This document shows positions 61,601 to 64,000 of a stretch of DNA of 64,000 bases, piece by piece. The translations under genes were made by a program, and so were the position numbers. The stretch is taken from contig JAPDFW010000011.1 in assembly GCA_028826165.1 (NCBI GenBank), positions 248,001 through 312,000 of the forward strand. Reading direction: 5' to 3'. Under the pieces are notes generated by a model. The model was given only the letters and a program-made list of their open reading frames with translations, ran no database searches and was not told the origin of the DNA. Within the stretch, counting starts at the first letter, position 1; each line of letters starts with the position of its first letter. The DNA comes from Anaeramoeba ignava BMAN. Lineage: Eukaryota > Protista > Anaeramoebae.

Positions 61601-63474
61601 ATGTCTTTATTAAAATTTGGTAAAAAAAAGAAGAGTCAAAATAAAACGATTGATTTTTCGAAATTAGATATTTCATATATAACAAAACAAATTATTGTAA
61701 TGTCATTTCCAGCAACGAAAATAGAAGGGAAACATCGACACAAAATAAATGATATTGCAAAGTAAAAAAGACAAAAGAAAAAAATTAAAAAGAAAAAAAT
61801 TAAAAAGAAAATCAATTTAAAAAATTTTTTTATATTTTAAAAAGTTATCTTGATGAAAAACATTTAAATAAATATAAAGTTTATAATTTATGTTCAGAAA
61901 AATCTTATGATACTTCTAAATTTCATAAGAGAGTTGAAATGTTTCCAATTGAAGAAGATCATCCTCCTTCTTTAGAAATGATTATTTCTTTTTGTAAATC
62001 CGTTGAAAAATGGATTTTAGAAGAAAAAGATCGTCTTGTTGTTATTCATTCTAAAACTGGGAATGTATTTATTTTGATCCACCCAAAAAAAATAATCTTT
62101 AATAATATTTAATAAAAACAATCACCAAAAAATAAAATTAAAATTAAAATTAAAATCAAAAATTAAAAATAAAATTAAAATTAAATTTAAAAATTAAAAT
62201 TAAAAATAAAATTAAAATTAAAATTAAAATTAAAATTAAAATTTAAATTAAAATTAATATTAAAATTAAAAATTAAAATTAAAATTAAAATTAAAATTAA
62301 AATTAAAATTAAAATTAAAATTAAAATTAAAATTAAAATTAAAATTAAAATTAAAATTAAAATCAAAATTAAAATTAAAATTAAAATCAAAATTAAAATT
62401 AAAATTAAAATTAAATAGAGAAGAACAAGTGTAATGGTTTGCTGTTATTTACTTTATAATAAAACTGTTTCAACAGCAGAAGATGCAATATCATTTTTTG
62501 AAACTTTAAGATCAACAGATAATAAAGTTTGGGATTAAATTAAGAAATAATGCAAAAGAAAAAAAACTCTATTAAACATTTTATAATAAATAGGAAAAAC
62601 CAAATCCAAGTCAAATTCGTTATATTCATTATTTTGAAGATTTAGTTAAAAATGGAGTTAAACCAAAAAAAATTTGTTATTTTCAAAGAATTGTTGTTGG
62701 ACCTTTAAAGAAAGTTGATATAAATTCACATGATAAATGTAAATCCAAAATAAATATTTAAAATAAAATATTTAAAATCCAAAATAAAATATTTAAAATC
62801 CAAAATAAAATATTTAAAATCCAAAATAAATATTTAAAATCCAAAATAAATATTTAAAATCCAAAATAAATATTTAAAATCCAAAATAAAATATTTAAAA
62901 TAATATATTATTTAAAATAAATATTTAAAAATAAATACTTAAAATCAAAAATATTTAAAATCAAAAAGGTCCAAATGTTTCTGTTCATACATTAAATGGA
63001 AAACTTTTATATTCAAGTCATGTAATATTTTAATAAAAATATTTCTTATTCAAAATAAAATTTTTTTTGAATATTTATTAATTAATCATGAATTTAAAAA
63101 AAAAATAGGAAAAAAATAAAGAAGGTTATGTTTCTGTTGATTCAAAAAAAAAAGTTTTAATAATCCTTCCTGATCCTGTTCCGTTAATTGGAGATTATAA
63201 GATCACTTTTTATAATTATAACGTACTTGACATTTTTTATTCAAATTTAATTTTTCCAATTAATTATTTTTTATCCGATTTTTGGTTCATATTTTTTTAT
63301 ATTTAGTCAACAATTTTTGTTTGTTGTTTTAATACTTCTTATATTAAGCAAAATTATATTAAATTTAGACAAGATGAACTTGATTCATTTGATAAGAAAC
63401 ATCAAAAAAAAGAAGGTGTTTCAGTTGAATTATTTTTTTCTTATTCTGAGAATGCTCAGAATAAATCAGGTTAA
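61601..63474 (+). CDS. PTEN-like phosphatase + C2 domain protein with catalytic Cys->Ser (multi-exon, missed by the ORF track)
   Basis: IIVMSFPA..EG, YLDEKHLNKYKVYNLCSEKSYDTSKF, FPIEEDHPPSLEMIISFC, VVIHSKTGN|RRTSVMVCCYLLY, PSQIRYIHYF, PLIGDYKITFY, LDKDELD-like segment, VELFF. Confidence 0.88.
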
Positions 63475-63484
63475 ACATCTAAAA

Positions 63485-63830
63485 AATTCAAATTCAATAT
63501 TAAATTCAAATCCAAATTAAATATTAAATTAAATATAAAATTCAATATTAAAATTCAATATTAAAATTAAATATAAAATTAAATATAAAATTAAATATAA
63601 AATTAAATATAAAATTAAATATTAAATTAAATATAAAATTAAATATAAAATTAAATATAAAAATTAAATATAAAATTCAATATTAAATTAAATATAAAAT
63701 TCAATATAAAATTTAATATAAAATTCAATATAAAATTCAATATAAAATTCAATATTAAAATTCAATATTAAAATTAAATATAAAATTCAATATAAAATTC
63801 AATATAAAATTCAATATAAAATTCAATATT
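63485..63830. repeat. ~13-bp AT-rich minisatellite (AAATT(A/C)AATATA)n
   Basis: Tandem aaattaaatata/aaattcaatata. Confidence 0.85.
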
Positions 63831-63848
63831 ACACCTTTTCAACTTTGG

Positions 63849-64000
63849 TTTAAACCTTTTGCAAAAATATTTAAACCTTTTGCAAAAATATTTAAACCTT
63901 TTGCAAAAATATTTAAACCTTTTGCAAAAATATTTAAACCTTTTGCAAAAATATTTAAACCTTTTACAAAAATATTTAAACCTTTTGCAAAAATTTTAAA
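63849..64000. repeat. 21-bp tandem repeat running off the window
   Basis: (aaaccttttgcaaaaatattt)n, about 7 copies, with internal palindrome ttttgcaaaa. Confidence 0.9.

Noticed and set aside
63849-64000. Telomeric repeat at the window end
   Set aside because: The 21-bp AT-rich unit lacks a G-rich strand, and the window edge is arbitrary.

Overview
Very AT-rich eukaryotic genomic DNA with GT-AG introns and the standard genetic code. It is not prokaryotic, so the ORF track fragments most genes. Gene content (RCC1-BTB and BTB-TLDc paralogues, an MG-starting PAS protein, a Sca1-like scaffold, TCATT initiator-like motifs before ATGs) suggests an anaerobic metamonad amoeba such as Anaeramoeba; this is an inference. 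Many single-base frameshifts sit in homopolymers or repeats and look like long-read consensus errors. There are about 17 protein genes: a TM-anchored coiled-coil protein, THEP1-like NTPase, cyclin, PAS protein, PH-domain dynamin, HSP20, BTB-TLDc (plus a relic), a BTB-WG-repeat-DEAD-box fusion, a Crinkler-type NTPase+REase, three tandem RCC1-BTB genes, a Sca1-like scaffold, OXR1-like LysM-TLDc, PH-coiled-coil-RUN, TRRAP/Tra1 and a Cys->Ser PTEN. Also present are tRNA-Ser(GCT) and many satellites. The most striking region is ~15.3-34.3 kb. There, a BTB + ~19 WG (Argonaute-hook-like) motifs + degenerate DEAD-box helicase fusion sits next to a Crinkler NTPase-nuclease. Both genes lie behind the same duplicated 144-bp satellite module and are flanked by diversifying BTB receptor genes. 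A 1.9-kb dynamin intron built from tandem copies of its own exon/donor junction is also notable.
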